Shown here in pieces: positions 61,549 to 64,000 of a stretch of 64,000 nt of DNA (position 1 is its first letter; every line of letters starts with the position of its first letter). This stretch comes from an uncultured Actinomycetota bacterium (lineage in GTDB: Bacteria; Actinomycetota; Actinomycetes; Actinomycetales; Microbacteriaceae): the NCBI GenBank assembly GCA_963772625.1, contig CAVYXT010000017.1, forward strand, positions 5,079-69,078, in the 5' to 3' direction. Both the position numbers and the translations under genes were made by a program. The notes beneath the pieces were generated by a model. The model ran no database searches. It saw only the letters and a list, made by a program, of their open reading frames with translations, and had not been told where the DNA came from.

Positions 61549-64000
61549 ATGCTCGAGCAGCAGGGGCACGATCGCCACGTCGTGGTCGTGGGCGCCGGAA
61601 TGGTCGCCCACCGCTTTGTGGAGAGCCTGCGCAGCCGCGACGCGGACGGCCTCTGGCGCGTGACGGTGATCGGCGAGGAGGACCGCCACCCCTACGACCG
61701 GGTCGGCCTGACGTCGTACTTCGCGGGAGCCAGCGCGGACGATCTGACGCTCCAGCGCTCCATCCTCGACGAGGACGATCGCGTGCGGTTCGTGCGGGGC
61801 GACGCGGTCGCCCGCATCGACCGGGAGGCGCGCCGCGTGACGACCGACAGCGGCCTCAGCGTCGGCTACGACACGCTGGTGCTCGCCACCGGCTCGTATG
61901 CGGCCCGGCTGACCGTCGACGGATTCGACCTGAACGGATGCTTCGTCTACCGCACCCTCGACGACGTCGAGGGTCTTCGCGCGTTCGTCGAGCGGCGCTC
62001 CGCGGAACTCGGCCGCCGGCTGCGGGGAACCGTCATCGGCGGCGGGCTGCTCGGGCTCGAGGCAGCCGGTGCGATGCAGGGACTGGACGTGGACTGCACG
62101 GTCGTGCAGTCATCGGACCGCCTGATGTCGGCTCAGCTCGACGCGCGCGGCGCCGACTCGCTGCGCCGGCTCATCGAGTCGCGGGGCATCGCAGTGCGCA
62201 CGGGAAGCGTGACCACCCGACTCGACCCGGATATCCGCGGCAACGTCCGTGGCCTCGAATTCCGCGAGGGCGACTACGCCGACACGGATGTCGTCGTCTT
62301 CACCGTCGGCGTGCGCCCCCGCGACCAGCTCGCCCGGGCGGCCGAGCTGAAGACCGAGCCCCGCGGTGGCGTCATCATCGATGCCGAGTGCACCACCTCA
62401 GACCCCCGTGTCCTCGCCATCGGCGAGGTCGCGAGCTTCGACGGCCGCTGCGTCGGACTCGTCGCTCCGGGTTACGCGATGGCCGAGGTAGCTGCGACCC
62501 GCCTGCTCGGGTCAGCCGCGACCTTCCCGGGATACGACGACTCCACCAAGCTGAAGCTGAACGGTGTCGACGTCGCCAGCTTCGGCGATGCCTTCGCCCA
62601 GACTCCGGGTGCCCTCGACGTCGTGTACGCCGATCCGGTGGCCGGCGTCTACAAGAAGCTCGTCCTGTCGGATGACGCGCAGACGCTGCTCGGCGGCATC
62701 CTCGTCGGCGATGCCAGTGCATACGGGATGCTGCGGCCGCTCGTCGGCGGACCGCTCGGCGCGGATCCCGCCGCGTACCTCATGCCGGAGGGCGCTGGGG
62801 ATGCGCTGGCGAACGCCGAGCTGCCCGACCAGGCGCTGGTGTGCTCCTGCAACAGCGTGACGGCGGGGACGATCCGCTGCGCCGTCACAGACGAGGGCTG
62901 CACGGACGTCGCCGGTGTGAAGGCCTGCACGCGGGCCGGCGCCGCGTGCGGTTCGTGCCTGCCGCTCGTCAAGACGCTCGTCGGCAAAGAGCTCGCCCGC
63001 AGCGGCGCCACCCTCAGCACCGCACTCTGCGAGCACTTCTCGCACTCCCGCGCGCAGCTGTTCGACGCCGTGCGGGTGTCGGGGCTGCGCACGTTCAGCG
63101 CGATCATCGACCGCTTCGGCACCGGCCGCGGCTGCGACATCTGCAAGCCGGTGCTCGCCAGCATCCTGTCCTCCCTCGGCCACGGCCACGTGCTCGACGG
63201 CGAGAACGCGACCCTGCAGGACACCAACGACCACGTCATGGCGAACATCCAGAAGGACGGCAGCTACTCGGTCGTCCCGCGGATCGCGGGGGGCGAAATC
63301 ACCCCGGAGGGTCTGCTGGCCATCGGGCAGGTCGCGAAGGACTACGGCCTGTACACGAAGATCACCGGCGGCCAGCGCATCGACATGTTCGGAGCCCGCC
63401 TGGAGCAGCTGCCCGAGATCTGGAAGCGCCTCGTCGACGCCGGCTTCGAATCCGGGCACGCCTACGGCAAGTCCCTGCGCACCGTGAAGTCGTGCGTCGG
63501 TTCGACCTGGTGCCGCTACGGCGTGCAGGACTCGGTCGGCATGGCGGTTCAGCTCGAGCTGCGCTATCGCGGTCTGCGGTCGCCGCACAAGATCAAGCTC
63601 GGCGTCTCGGGCTGCGCGCGCGAGTGCGCGGAGGCCCGGGGAAAGGACGTCGGCGTGATCGCCACCGAGGCTGGCTGGAACATGTACGTCGGCGGGAACG
63701 GCGGCTTCACACCTCGTCATGCGGTGCTGTTCGCCGAAGGGCTCGATGACGCTGCGCTCCTGCGGGCGATCGACCGCTTCCTGATGTACTACATCCGCAC
63801 GGCCGACCGCCTGCAGCGCACCGCACCCTGGTTCGAGGAGATGGAAGGCGGAGTCGACGCCCTGCGTGCTGTCATCTTCGACGACAGCCTCGGCATCGCC
63901 GAAGACCTCGATGCGGCCATGGCGCAGCACGTGGACGCGTACGAGGACGAGTGGAAGGCGGCCCTGGAGGACCCGGAGAAGCTCCGCCGGTTCGCGTCGT
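61549..64000 (+). CDS. nirB: Nitrite reductase [NAD(P)H] large subunit (runs off the window end)
   Basis: VVVVGAGMVAHRFVE, YDRVGL, IGGGLLGLEAA, BFD motifs CSCN...CGSC, QKDGSYSVVPR, KSCVGSTWCR and GVSGCARECAE; frame is open to 64000. Confidence 0.95.
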   Translation, partial: MLEQQGHDRHVVVVGAGMVAHRFVESLRSRDADGLWRVTVIGEEDRHPYDRVGLTSYFAGASADDLTLQRSILDEDDRVRFVRGDAVARIDREARRVTTDSGLSVGYDTLVLATGSYAARLTVDGFDLNGCFVYRTLDDVEGLRAFVERRSAELGRRLRGTVIGGGLLGLEAAGAMQGLDVDCTVVQSSDRLMSAQLDARGADSLRRLIESRGIAVRTGSVTTRLDPDIRGNVRGLEFREGDYADTDVVVFTVGVRPRDQLARAAELKTEPRGGVIIDAECTTSDPRVLAIGEVASFDGRCVGLVAPGYAMAEVAATRLLGSAATFPGYDDSTKLKLNGVDVASFGDAFAQTPGALDVVYADPVAGVYKKLVLSDDAQTLLGGILVGDASAYGMLRPLVGGPLGADPAAYLMPEGAGDALANAELPDQALVCSCNSVTAGTIRCAVTDEGCTDVAGVKACTRAGAACGSCLPLVKTLVGKELARSGATLSTALCEHFSHSRAQLFDAVRVSGLRTFSAIIDRFGTGRGCDICKPVLASILSSLGHGHVLDGENATLQDTNDHVMANIQKDGSYSVVPRIAGGEITPEGLLAIGQVAKDYGLYTKITGGQRIDMFGARLEQLPEIWKRLVDAGFESGHAYGKSLRTVKSCVGSTWCRYGVQDSVGMAVQLELRYRGLRSPHKIKLGVSGCARECAEARGKDVGVIATEAGWNMYVGGNGGFTPRHAVLFAEGLDDAALLRAIDRFLMYYIRTADRLQRTAPWFEEMEGGVDALRAVIFDDSLGIAEDLDAAMAQHVDAYEDEWKAALEDPEKLRRFAS

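Overview
High-GC (about 70%) actinobacterial chromosome, most like Microbacterium/Microbacteriaceae (inferred from gene order and protein style). It is mostly core genome: nei(partial)-rpiB, pepN, mscS-glbO, tesB, ettA, a second ssb, yczR/yczE, tRNA-Arg(UCU), orn, tRNA-His, clpS, dinB, gatCAB, ligA, mnmA, a cysteine desulfurase, glgX-glgE-glgB, rpsB-tsf-pyrH-frr-cdsA, yraN-comM-dprA-xerC, rplS-lepB-rnhB, map, and an assimilatory nitrate/nitrite cluster (narK-nasC-nasB-nirB partial). No mobile element or CRISPR array is visible. Three genes (pepN, glbO, glgX) each carry a single +1 insertion, probably sequence error. The main signals are non-coding. (1) An 11-bp box, CTCCTCC[A/C]CAG, with a second half-site sits 66-67 nt upstream of a weak -10 in front of the second ssb, yraN-comM-dprA and an M23 peptidase, suggesting an undescribed DNA-uptake/competence regulon. 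(2) The motif GGATGCC(G) is strongly over-represented on both strands (about 80 copies by manual tally) and also forms inverted-repeat hairpins, resembling a DNA-uptake sequence or HIP-like element. (3) PafBC-type promoters precede dinB, ligA and an unknown 87-aa gene. (4) NnaR-type sites and a GlnR-like box lie in the nitrate cluster. All coordinates and counts were read by eye.
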